Positions 1 to 7,780 of a stretch of 15,773 nucleotides of DNA are shown here, in pieces. Positions within the stretch are counted from its first letter, which is position 1. The number at the start of each line of letters is the position of its first letter. Both the position numbers and the translations under genes were made by a program. Where the stretch lies: assembly GCA_964534375.1 (NCBI GenBank), contig CAZHPN010000147.1:1-15773 (forward strand). Reading direction: 5' to 3'. The stretch comes from an uncultured bacterium (GTDB lineage Bacteria; Lernaellota; Lernaellaia; Lernaellales; Lernaellaceae). Below the pieces are notes generated by a model. The model saw only the letters and a program-made list of their open reading frames with translations. It had not been told where the DNA came from and made no database searches.

Positions 1-36
1 GACCCCGGACCCCGGACCCCGGACCCCGGACCCCGG
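1..36. repeat. Heptamer tandem array (GACCCCG)x5, truncated by window edge
   Basis: Read directly; the same unit forms the array at 7260-7364. Confidence 0.95.
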
Positions 37-62
37 CTCTGTGTCCGCTGTGTTTAGATCGG
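37..62. repeat. Right end of a CACAGAG/CTCTGTG palindromic element plus TAGATCGG flank
   Basis: ctctgtgtccgctgtgtttagatcgg matches the right ends at 1227-1252 and 1897-1922. Confidence 0.85.
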
Positions 63-69
63 AAATATC

Positions 70-1101
70 ATGTCCATGACTGCCGTTGAACGACGCGCCT
101 TCTGGCAAGCGTATCGCGCCGACGCCGCGGATGAAACGTTCGCGCATCAGGTCGCGACGGTGCGCTCCGCGCACGAAGGTCTGCGCGAGGCGCACGCGCG
201 GGCGCTGCCGGCGATCGCGCATTTCGCGGACAAAAGCCGGGCGGCCGGCCGCGCGTGGGACCAAGTCGCGCCGCAGGTGAAAGACGAGCTGCTCGACCGG
301 ATCCACGCTGAGTTGCGGAGCTTGCAGCAGCCGCGGTCCGCGCTGGCGACGTTCGGTTCGAACGCGGGGCGGCTGGCGGTCGCGCGCATCAACCGCGCCG
401 GCGCGGAGTTGGCGGCGAAGACGGGCGCGGCCCCGGCCGCGTTCCAGCCGCGCGCGACGATGGTCGCCGACTTCGACGCGGATTTTCAGCGCCTCGCGGA
501 ATACGTGTGGGGCGCCGCCCGGCTGCGGCTCGCGGAACTGTTGCGCGACGCCGTGGCCGAGGGCGATGCGTCCGGCCTGGCTGACGGCCTGCGGCAGGTT
601 CTCGGCGTCGAAGCGGCCGTCGGCGAGGCCTATCGCGCGGCGGCGCAGGAGGGCCGGGGGCTGCCGCTCGCCGCCCGTTGGCGGCTCGTGGCGGAGCTGA
701 CGGCGCGGGCGCGGGGCGCCGACCTCGACGCGTTGCGGGCCGACAAATCGCCGGCGCAGGCCGCGAAAATACTCGCCGACGCCGGCCGTCGCACGGGCGC
801 CGCGGCGGACCTCGAACGGCTCGTGCGGCGGGAAGCGGCCCGCGCGGCCGACACGCTCCACGAGGCGTGGATCGCGAGCCTCGGCGCGCGCGCGCTCGCC
901 GAGGAACGGCTCGACAGCGCCGCGTGCGAACGCTGCGCCCGCACGATCGGCGTCTACCCCGTGGGGAGCGCCCCGCGCGGCGTCCGCGACACGCACCCGA
1001 ATTGCACGGCGATCCGCGTGCCCGTGCTGCGCGGCATGGGCGTCGACGCGGACGAGTGGCGCGGCGAACCCGCCGATTACAAACGATTGTTTGGGGATTG
1101 A
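70..1101 (+). CDS. Phage head morphogenesis / minor capsid protein (Mu gpF / SPP1 gp7-like)
   Basis: 343-aa Ala/Arg-rich ORF with C-terminal DSAACERC...GVY...HPNC motif resembling the D-x-x-x-C-x-x-C...HPNCRC signature of this family (degenerate here: HPNCTA); located upstream of neck and tail genes. Confidence 0.7.
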   Translation: MSMTAVERRAFWQAYRADAADETFAHQVATVRSAHEGLREAHARALPAIAHFADKSRAAGRAWDQVAPQVKDELLDRIHAELRSLQQPRSALATFGSNAGRLAVARINRAGAELAAKTGAAPAAFQPRATMVADFDADFQRLAEYVWGAARLRLAELLRDAVAEGDASGLADGLRQVLGVEAAVGEAYRAAAQEGRGLPLAARWRLVAELTARARGADLDALRADKSPAQAAKILADAGRRTGAAADLERLVRREAARAADTLHEAWIASLGARALAEERLDSAACERCARTIGVYPVGSAPRGVRDTHPNCTAIRVPVLRGMGVDADEWRGEPADYKRLFGD

Positions 1102-1112
1102 TATTTAACTTT

Positions 1113-1245
1113 GAACACAGAGTGCACAGAGAGGGCGCACAGAGAGCACAGAGGCGCGGCGTGCGGATCGCGACTCGACGCGCGATGCGCACGCCGCGCT
1201 CCCAGCTCTGTGGCCTCTGTGTCCTCCTCTGTGTCCTCTGTGTTT
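1113..1245. repeat. 133-bp palindromic MITE/REP-like element, copy 1
   Basis: Four CACAGAG units on the left, four CTCTGTG units on the right, central stem GCGCGGCGTGCG...CGCACGCCGCGC. Confidence 0.9.
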
Positions 1246-1259
1246 AGATCGGCCGTGAA

Positions 1260-1784
1260 ATGGGTGGATTTGTTCTCAAAGAAGACGGCATTCGCCAACG
1301 CCTGGACGAGTTCCCGCGCCGGCTCGAGGCGAACTTGAAGCAGGCCGCGACGGCGTTGGCGGCGACGGCGATTCGGGAAGCCCGGCAAACGATGGGCGCC
1401 GGCGGCTATGCGGTCGGGCATCATCGCGGCAAGGGCGGCGTCTCGCTGGCCAGCGCGCGGCCGTATATCGCAGTTCCGCCGCCCGGCCCCTCGGCGTTGA
1501 CGATGCGCACGGGCGCCGGCGCCGCGGCAATGTCGTGCGGGGAGCCGCAAGCCGACGGCGCGGGCGGGGTGACCATCGCTGTGACATTCGATCCCAGCGC
1601 GGGGGCCGGCCGCGCCGGCAGCCTGGCCGCGCCGGCGATCTACATGTCGGCGCTGGCGAACCGCCGTCCGGAATGGGATATTTTGGCCCGCGGCGTCGCG
1701 GCGGCGGCGACGAACGCGCGGGACATCATCGGCGAGGCGACGGCCGCGGCGCTCGACGGCCGCGAGCTGCAATGCGAACTTTAA
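1260..1784 (+). CDS. Putative phage neck/tail-completion protein (HK97 gp10-like)
   Basis: 174-aa ORF filling the gap between two repeats. The N-terminus (GIRQRLDEFPRRLEANLKQAA...) resembles the helical start of HK97 gp10-type proteins. Function rests mostly on synteny. Confidence 0.5.
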   Translation: MGGFVLKEDGIRQRLDEFPRRLEANLKQAATALAATAIREARQTMGAGGYAVGHHRGKGGVSLASARPYIAVPPPGPSALTMRTGAGAAAMSCGEPQADGAGGVTIAVTFDPSAGAGRAGSLAAPAIYMSALANRRPEWDILARGVAAAATNARDIIGEATAAALDGRELQCEL

Positions 1785-1915
1785 ACACAGAGGACACAGA
1801 GGAAGACACAGAGGCCACAGAGACGGAAGCACGGCGTGCAGATCGCGCGTCGAGTCGCGATGCACACGCCGTGCCTCCGTGCTCTCTGTGCGCCTTCTCT
1901 GTGCTCTCTGTGTTT
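1783..1915. repeat. 133-bp palindromic element, copy 2 (reverse orientation to copy 1)
   Basis: Aligns without gaps to the reverse complement of 1113-1245; same length; overlaps the TAA stop of the upstream gene. Confidence 0.9.
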
Positions 1916-1929
1916 AGATCGGAAACATC

Positions 1930-2685
1930 ATGTCCCCTCTCAATGTTCGACTCGGCGACCAAAGCCAGGATTCGCTGCTCACCACCGACCAGGCCGCGTC
2001 GCTGCTCGGCGCGAACACCACCGTCGGCCAGGCGTGGGCCAGTGGCAGTTCGGCCGCGCAGACCACGGCGCTGGCCGACACGCTGCTGCTGTTCGACGCG
2101 ATCCCGTGGCGCGGCACGCGCTGCCTCGAGTCGCAGCCGCACGGCTTGCCGACCAACGAAATCAACGGCGTGCGCTGGCTGGTCGCGGCGCCCGTGGCCG
2201 GCCAGGGGCCCACGGCGATCGGTTCGCAATTGATATTCCTGCTGGCGCCCGGGGCCGCGGACAACCCGAATTTTTCGGCGATCGTCGGCGGCTCGCTCGC
2301 TTGGGTCATGACGATCGATCCCACGCCGGATTATCGCCAGGTGCGCACGGTGACCGATTACGACCGCGTAACTGGGCAATTCACCATCGATGCGCCGTTT
2401 CCCGATTTTCCGGACGGGAAAACGATGATCTTCATCTTTCCGCCGCCGCTCGACATCCGCCGGGCGTACGCGCTCAAGGCGGCGTCGTTGCTGCTCAAGG
2501 GCCACCGCCCCGATGCGGCGCGCCGGCAGGCGTGGGGCTTCAATGCCGCGCAGGACGGCCCGGGCATGGCGGGGATCATGAAAGACGTGGGCTGGAAGGC
2601 GATGTTCGGCGACGTGCCGGAGGCGATCCGGATGATCGAGCCGTACACCGAGACGTGGGGCTTCGGGCGCATTGCGAGAGGATGA
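1930..2685 (+). CDS. Putative head-tail adaptor (family often annotated DnaT-like ssDNA-binding), with internal inserted domain
   Basis: DSLLTTDQAASLL...AW...TALADTLLLFDAIPWRGTR...Q...P resembles the NSY..AD.Y...W...AL..AT..D..W.G.R...Q.L.WP pattern. The C-terminal P.DIRRA...A..LL and P.A...IEPY segments fit the family. A beta-rich segment lies between them. Confidence 0.6.
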   Translation: MSPLNVRLGDQSQDSLLTTDQAASLLGANTTVGQAWASGSSAAQTTALADTLLLFDAIPWRGTRCLESQPHGLPTNEINGVRWLVAAPVAGQGPTAIGSQLIFLLAPGAADNPNFSAIVGGSLAWVMTIDPTPDYRQVRTVTDYDRVTGQFTIDAPFPDFPDGKTMIFIFPPPLDIRRAYALKAASLLLKGHRPDAARRQAWGFNAAQDGPGMAGIMKDVGWKAMFGDVPEAIRMIEPYTETWGFGRIARG

Positions 2686-2691
2686 GACGCT

Positions 2692-3034
2692 AAACACAGA
2701 GGACACAGCGCGGCCTTCGGCCGCAACCAAATGATGTTTCTTTAGCCGCAGATTGCGCAGATTGGCGCAGATTTGCGGGCCGGGAAATCGAAATTTCGGC
2801 GGCCGACATTTCGCCCCGGCCCGCCACGCTAATCTGCGTTCATCGGCGTAATCTGCGGTTGGATTCAACTTTCCAAATTCTTCGCGACGAGCGAAGAAAT
2901 TCGCGGATAGTAGTACAGAGAAGGCGCACAGAGAACACAGAGGCGCGGCGTGGACATCGCGGCTCAACGCGCGATGCCCGCGCCGCGCTCCTCTCTCTGT
3001 GGCCTCTGTGTCTTCCTTTGTGCTCTCTGTGTTT
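2692..3034. repeat. 133-bp palindromic element, copy 3, interrupted by a 210-bp insertion
   Basis: 2692-2708 plus 2919-3034 totals exactly 133 bp and aligns to copy 1 in the same orientation. Confidence 0.85.
2709..2918. mobile_element. Non-coding miniature insertion flanked by ACAG direct repeats, containing a CGCAGATT/AATCTGCG palindrome
   Basis: ACAG at 2705-2708 and 2915-2918. Hairpins GCGGCC-TTC-GGCCGC near the left end and TTCTTCGC-GACGA-GCGAAGAA near the right end. Inner inverted repeat spans 2744-2860. Confidence 0.6.
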
Positions 3035-3126
3035 AATTTTCACTTCCGGAGCGGCCGCGCTATTGGCGCGCGGAAATATGGAAGCCGATCGCGCGGGCGC
3101 TGGGGGCGAAATTGCGATAGTGCTTG

Positions 3127-3158
3127 CCGACCACCGACCACGGGCCACTGGCCACTGA
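3127..3158. repeat. Short degenerate heptamer array (CCGACCA/CTGGCCA)
   Basis: ccgacca ccgacca cgggcca ctggcca ctga immediately before the RBS of the next gene. Confidence 0.6.
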
Positions 3159-3169
3159 AGGAACGGCAC

Positions 3170-4234
3170 ATGAAAGGCGTGATTGCCAACGGCGCGGCGT
3201 ATTCTCTGGTCGATCCGGCCTGGGTTGTTCTGAGTCCGACCGTCGTCTTCGCCGACGGCGAGCAAATCCTGACGACAACCAATGGGCAACCTGCCATCGC
3301 GCAGTTGCCGATCGCCGTGCGGCCCGGCGACCAAATCGCCGCCGTCGTCGGCCCGGCGGGCGCCCCGATTCCGGGCGGCACGCCGATCATCCTGGGGCTG
3401 GTCGCGGGCGATTTCTCCTGGGGCATAATGGCGGTTTTCGGCGGGAGCCCGGACGGCGGCCCCGGTTGCGCGATCGGCTTCACGGACGAATTGAGCGGCA
3501 ACGGCGCCCCGGCCTGGATGGAGCAGGTTCCCGGTCCCAGCGTCGCGTTCGGGATGCAGATCCAAGCGAACGCGGCCGTCGTCGGTCTGTTGGTCGGCGG
3601 GCGGCTCGTCCCCCAATATACCCAAACGATAACGTGGCCGAGCGTTCCGGTGTATTGGACGACCGTCTTCGCGCCGCCGCCGGACAACAGCACGTGCGCG
3701 TGCACGATCGCCGACCCGCCGGGTCAGGTCTACGTCGACCTGCTGACCTCGCTGTCGGACGCGGTGCTGGCCGCGTTGCAAACGATCACCGCGGCCAACG
3801 GTTACGCGACGGACGTGGCGGCCGGCAGCGTGCTGGATGTGATGGTCAACGCCAACGAAGTTGCGCCGCCGGGCATCTGGTTTTTCTTCCACGCCGGGGA
3901 TTGGCCGAGCGTGGGGAACAAGCCGTCCGGATATCGCATTTTCCGGGCGCGGGCGGACGTGCGCTATGCGGTGGAGGCGCGCGACGACGCGCAGACGCAA
4001 AAAGCCGCCGTGGCCCTGCGCCGGCTGCAGGCCGACATCGTGCGGCTGTTCTCGAACAATCTCACGACGGAAGCCATTGACACGACGGTCAAGACGGCGT
4101 TCCCGGGCGCGGCGGTGGTGCGGTGCTGGCCCGAACGCGTCACGGCGACCGAGGTGAACCCGGACAACAGCGGTTTGGCGATCGGCGAAATGCAGATCGT
4201 GGCGGAGATTCATCATCCGTATGACCAGTTCTAA
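3170..4234 (+). CDS. Tail terminator-like protein with long N-terminal extra domain, paralogue A (354 aa)
   Basis: Start moved to ATG 3170 (AAGGA upstream; aligns with the paralogue start at 4351). C-terminal LAALQTITAANGYATD motif resembles phage tail terminator/completion proteins; lies before the tail tube gene. Confidence 0.65.
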   Translation: MKGVIANGAAYSLVDPAWVVLSPTVVFADGEQILTTTNGQPAIAQLPIAVRPGDQIAAVVGPAGAPIPGGTPIILGLVAGDFSWGIMAVFGGSPDGGPGCAIGFTDELSGNGAPAWMEQVPGPSVAFGMQIQANAAVVGLLVGGRLVPQYTQTITWPSVPVYWTTVFAPPPDNSTCACTIADPPGQVYVDLLTSLSDAVLAALQTITAANGYATDVAAGSVLDVMVNANEVAPPGIWFFFHAGDWPSVGNKPSGYRIFRARADVRYAVEARDDAQTQKAAVALRRLQADIVRLFSNNLTTEAIDTTVKTAFPGAAVVRCWPERVTATEVNPDNSGLAIGEMQIVAEIHHPYDQF

Positions 4235-4330
4235 CGGGACTCGGGATTCGGGATTCGGGATTCGGGAGTCGGGAGTCGGGAGTCGGGAGGTCCGGATCGT
4301 GCCGAACTCCGAATCCCGAGTCCCGTTAGA
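4230..4330. repeat. Palindrome with perfect 22-bp terminal inverted repeat built on CGGGA(T/G/C)T heptamers
   Basis: TCTAACGGGACTCGGGATTCGG (4230-4251) is the reverse complement of 4309-4330; eight heptamer units span 4235-4290. Confidence 0.9.
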
Positions 4331-4350
4331 TCGGGAGGGCCAAAAGGAAC

Positions 4351-5397
4351 ATGAAAGGCGTCATCGCGAGCGGCGCGCCGTACTCCTTCGACGATCCGGC
4401 CTGGGTGGTGCTCAGCCCGACCGTTGTCTTCGCCGACGGCGAGCAGGTTCTGACGACAACGGACGGCCAACCCGCCGTCGCGCGGTTGCCGGTCGCCGTG
4501 CGGCCGGGCGACCAAATCGCCGGCATCGCCGGCCCCGCTGGCCCCAGCGGATCCCTGATCATCCTCGGCTTATCATCGCCGGATATGTCATGGGTCGTCG
4601 CTTTGATTTTCGGCTTCAGCCCGCCCGGCTACTTCATCGGCATCATCGACCAGCCGCAAAACAATAACGCTCCGGCGTGGGCGCAGACGGTCGACGGTCC
4701 GATTGCCGCCATCGGTTTGCGGGCTCAAACCGACGGGCTGGAAGTCGGGGCGATCGTCAACGGCGTGTTCGTTCCGCAAACGACGTACCCGACGACGTAT
4801 CCGAGCGGTCCGCTGTATTGGACGACGGCTTTCACCCCGACGGCGGACGGCAGCGCGGCGACGTGCACGATCGCCGACCCGCCGGATCAGGTCTACGTCG
4901 ACCTGCTGACGTCGCTCTCGGACGCGGTGCTGGCCGCGTTGCAAACGATCACCGCGGCCAACGGTTACGCGACGGACGTGGCGGCCGGCAGCGTGCTGGA
5001 TGTGATGGTCAACGCCAACGAAGTCGCGCCGCCGGGCATCTGGTTTTTCTTCGACGCCGGGGATTGGCCGGGCGTGGGGAACAAGCCGTCCGGATATCGC
5101 ATTTTCCGGGCGCGGGCGAATGTGCGCTATGCGGTCGAAGCCCGCGGCGACGCGCAGACGCAAAAAGCCGCCGTGGCCCTGCGGCGGCTGCAGGCGGACA
5201 TCGTGCGGCTGTTTTCGAACAATCTTACGACGGAAGCCATTGACACGGCGGTCAAGACGGCGTTCCCGGGCGCGGCGGTGGTGCGGTGCTGGCCGGAGCG
5301 CATCACGGCCAACCAGGTGAACCCCGACAACAGCGGCCTGGCGATCGGCGAAATGCAGATCGTGGCCGAAATTCATCATCCCTACGATCAATTTTGA
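4351..5397 (+). CDS. Tail terminator-like protein with long N-terminal extra domain, paralogue B (348 aa)
   Basis: AAGGA upstream; last 177 aa differ from paralogue A at 9 positions by my count. Confidence 0.65.
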   Translation: MKGVIASGAPYSFDDPAWVVLSPTVVFADGEQVLTTTDGQPAVARLPVAVRPGDQIAGIAGPAGPSGSLIILGLSSPDMSWVVALIFGFSPPGYFIGIIDQPQNNNAPAWAQTVDGPIAAIGLRAQTDGLEVGAIVNGVFVPQTTYPTTYPSGPLYWTTAFTPTADGSAATCTIADPPDQVYVDLLTSLSDAVLAALQTITAANGYATDVAAGSVLDVMVNANEVAPPGIWFFFDAGDWPGVGNKPSGYRIFRARANVRYAVEARGDAQTQKAAVALRRLQADIVRLFSNNLTTEAIDTAVKTAFPGAAVVRCWPERITANQVNPDNSGLAIGEMQIVAEIHHPYDQF

Positions 5398-5415
5398 TAA
5401 CCAAGGAGAAACGTC

Positions 5416-7131
5416 ATGGCCATGTCCAACACCGTCACCCCCACCCAAACGGCGATCCCGTTGAACCTGGTCAAGTCGTGGGACCAGGTTTTGTTCGCCG
5501 TGCCCGAGACCGTCTACGGCGAGCAGAGCGTCGCGCCGACGGACGCCGGCGCGAACGCCACAGCGCTGTTCGTGCATCCCGGCACGAAATTCGGCGACGG
5601 GCAGAAGCAGAAAGCGCACGCCCAAATGCGGCCGACGCTGACGGCGATCAAGCAGCTTTACGAAAAGCGCGAGCCGAAAGCGACGCTGAAAATGAGCCTG
5701 ACCCCGTCGGGACCGGGCCCGAATTTTCCGGGGGCCAATGGGTTTCCCCAAGGCAATATCGGCGACCCCGCCAATCCCGACGTGGATATGATGATGAACA
5801 CGGGGTTTCAGCGCACGGCCTACTTCTCCGCGGTCATTACCGGCCCGGCGACCGGTTTGGCGGGCGCGACGCCGGAAACGAGCTGCGTCGTGAGCAACAA
5901 CGACAACCTGCCCGTGGGGTCGCTGGCGGCCATTCCCTACGCGGCGGCGAACGGCGCGAACGGCGCGGGCGCCGGCGAGCAGGTGATCCGCGCGCAGTTG
6001 GTCGTGATCCAGAGTTCGAATTCGAGCGCCGGAAACACCGACGACACGATCACCTGGCTGCCGCCGTTGCCGGCCGGTTGCGCGGCGCTGGCGGGGCAAC
6101 GCGTCGGCGGCCGGATCGAATACGACCCGTTGCCGAGCGAAACGGTGCAAAGCACGCCGAACAGCCTGACGTTGTGGCGGCGGATTGCGGCCAGCGGCTA
6201 CCTCGAGGTGATGAGCGGCTGCGCGGTGAGCAAGCTGCAGGTCGAAATGCCCAACAACGACCACTGCACGATGCAGTTCGATCTGGTCGGCAAGGACCAC
6301 ACGGAATTCCAAGCGACGAATCTCACGACGAGCGCGAGCGCCGGGGACAAAACGCTGTACGTCGGGTCGGCCTCGTCGCCGTACGCGCCGGGGCCGTTGC
6401 CGTTCTGGATGCAGGGCGAGACCTCGCTGGCGCTGCCGGCGACGATCACGCTGACCAACGCCTCGGTCAACCCGCCGAGTCAGTTGTCGGAGAATATCAA
6501 GATTACCGGTTTCGGCGTGGACCCGAGCCTGGGCCAGTATTTGATAATCGCCGGTTCGGGGACGAACGGCGGGCTCAACGGTTCGTATACCCTCGGGGCG
6601 CAGGCGACGGCGGTCGTGGCGCCGCTGCTGCCGGCGCCGGCAATCGGCGAATACGCGGACGATCCGTTGACGGTCAAGGGCATGTGCTGGATCGGCCCGT
6701 CCGCGACGACCTACGGCGCGGCGCCCGCGTTGTCGGCCGCGAATCTGACGCAGACGCCGGAGTACACCAAGGCGGGGATCGAGATCAACAATATCCTCGA
6801 AAGCGTCAACGACGCGGCCGATCACGCGACGGCGCAGGGCCTGAAGGCGGTCAAGAAGCGCCAGGTCACGTTCAACCAGGACGGCAAGTTGCTGCGGCAG
6901 GCGCCGTTCGTGTCGTCGTTGGTGCGCGGCCGGATCACGTCGGCGGTGCTGGTGCAGATGGGCAATCAGCCGGGGCGGATTTTCGGCGCGTATTTCCCCA
7001 AAGTGCAATGGGAGTCGTCGGCGGAAATCGGCGACGCGGCGGATAAGGAAGTGCCGTTCAACGTCAAGGGCCTGGCGATTATCGAGGCCGGCGACACGGG
7101 CGACCAGGAATTCAAGCTGGTGTTTGCGTAG
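5416..7131 (+). CDS. Major tail (tube) protein with inserted beta-rich domains
   Basis: AAGGAG RBS at 5403-5408. Sits directly upstream of the frameshifting chaperone and tape measure genes. Tube-like segments SLTL...GCAVSKLQVEM...FDLVG and C-terminal FPKVQW...EFKLVF. Confidence 0.75.
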   Translation: MAMSNTVTPTQTAIPLNLVKSWDQVLFAVPETVYGEQSVAPTDAGANATALFVHPGTKFGDGQKQKAHAQMRPTLTAIKQLYEKREPKATLKMSLTPSGPGPNFPGANGFPQGNIGDPANPDVDMMMNTGFQRTAYFSAVITGPATGLAGATPETSCVVSNNDNLPVGSLAAIPYAAANGANGAGAGEQVIRAQLVVIQSSNSSAGNTDDTITWLPPLPAGCAALAGQRVGGRIEYDPLPSETVQSTPNSLTLWRRIAASGYLEVMSGCAVSKLQVEMPNNDHCTMQFDLVGKDHTEFQATNLTTSASAGDKTLYVGSASSPYAPGPLPFWMQGETSLALPATITLTNASVNPPSQLSENIKITGFGVDPSLGQYLIIAGSGTNGGLNGSYTLGAQATAVVAPLLPAPAIGEYADDPLTVKGMCWIGPSATTYGAAPALSAANLTQTPEYTKAGIEINNILESVNDAADHATAQGLKAVKKRQVTFNQDGKLLRQAPFVSSLVRGRITSAVLVQMGNQPGRIFGAYFPKVQWESSAEIGDAADKEVPFNVKGLAIIEAGDTGDQEFKLVFA

Positions 7132-7138
7132 CAGATAG

Positions 7139-7364
7139 CGGGATTCGGGATTCGGGATTCGGGTCTCGGGTCTCGGGTCTCGGGTCTCGGGTACCGGGTC
7201 TCGGGTCTCGGGTGTCGGCCATTGGACTCCCGGAACCCGGAACCCGAAACCCTGCTCGCGGACCCCGGACCCCGGACCCCGGACCCCGGACCCCGGACCC
7301 CGGACCCCGGACCCCGGATCCCGGACCCCGGAACCCGGACCCCGGAACCCGAAACCCAATCCCC
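7139..7364. repeat. Inverted pair of heptamer arrays (CGGGATT/CGGGTCT x11; GGACCCC-type x about 18)
   Basis: Left arm 7139-7215; right arm 7228-7364 including eight perfect GGACCCC units at 7260-7315. Confidence 0.95.
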
Positions 7365-7381
7365 AATTTTCAGGAGCAATC

Positions 7382-7780
7382 ATGAACCTTCGCCACGTAA
7401 ATCCCGGCCAGATCCGTTTCTCGCCGGAGTCCGCGCCCGATGTCGTCTTCGTGCTGCACGAGCCCACCTTCGGCGAGGCGCAGGCCGCGGCGAGCGCGGC
7501 GGGCTTGCGCTATTCGGAAGAGGCGCAGGCCGCGAAAGCGGCCGGAACGGCGCCGCCGACGAGCGATCAATACGTCAATTACGTCCACCGCGAACGTTTT
7601 CTGCGCGGCGTGGACGGCATCGAAAACCTGACGCTCGAAGGCGCGCCGCTGGCGACCGCCGCGGAGTTCGTCGCCGCGATGCCCAGCCTCGGCGCGGGCG
7701 CGCTGCCGCTCTACAACGAAGTCGTGAACAAGCTGGCCGAGCTGGCCACGCTGTCGCCGGGCGAAACAAAAAACTCCTGA
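7382..7780 (+). CDS. Tail assembly chaperone (lambda gpG-like), 132 aa
   Basis: AGGAG RBS; lies between tail tube and tape measure genes; ends in L-S-P-G-E-T-K-N-S over a slippery heptamer. Confidence 0.8.
   Translation: MNLRHVNPGQIRFSPESAPDVVFVLHEPTFGEAQAAASAAGLRYSEEAQAAKAAGTAPPTSDQYVNYVHRERFLRGVDGIENLTLEGAPLATAAEFVAAMPSLGAGALPLYNEVVNKLAELATLSPGETKNS

Noticed and set aside
1107..1922. Canonical integron attC sites for the 133-bp elements
   Set aside because: Ends (TTTAAAC / GTTTAGAT) do not fit RYYYAAC / GTTRRRY, the interior occurs in both orientations, and the genes form a normal phage operon.
2999..3169. N-terminal extension of the 411-aa ORF
   Set aside because: It lies in repeat DNA; the paralogue and RBS support ATG 3170.
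3701..5394. Diversity-generating retroelement template/variable repeat pair
   Set aside because: Both copies are coding, differences are not confined to adenines of one copy, and no reverse transcriptase is present in the window.
5416..7131. Contractile tail sheath / eCIS / R-tailocin
   Set aside because: Size is sheath-like, but no separate tube gene follows, the motifs look tube-like, and no baseplate genes are seen. Not fully excluded without structure prediction.
3035..7372. AATTTTCA following two different repeats (3035-3042 and 7365-7372)
   Set aside because: Only two occurrences with different distances to the next start; could be chance.
4588..7467. 959-aa minus-strand ORF and other long antisense or alternate-frame ORFs
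   Set aside because: Arg/Gly-rich shadow ORFs opposite well-supported genes in high-GC DNA; several run through repeat arrays.
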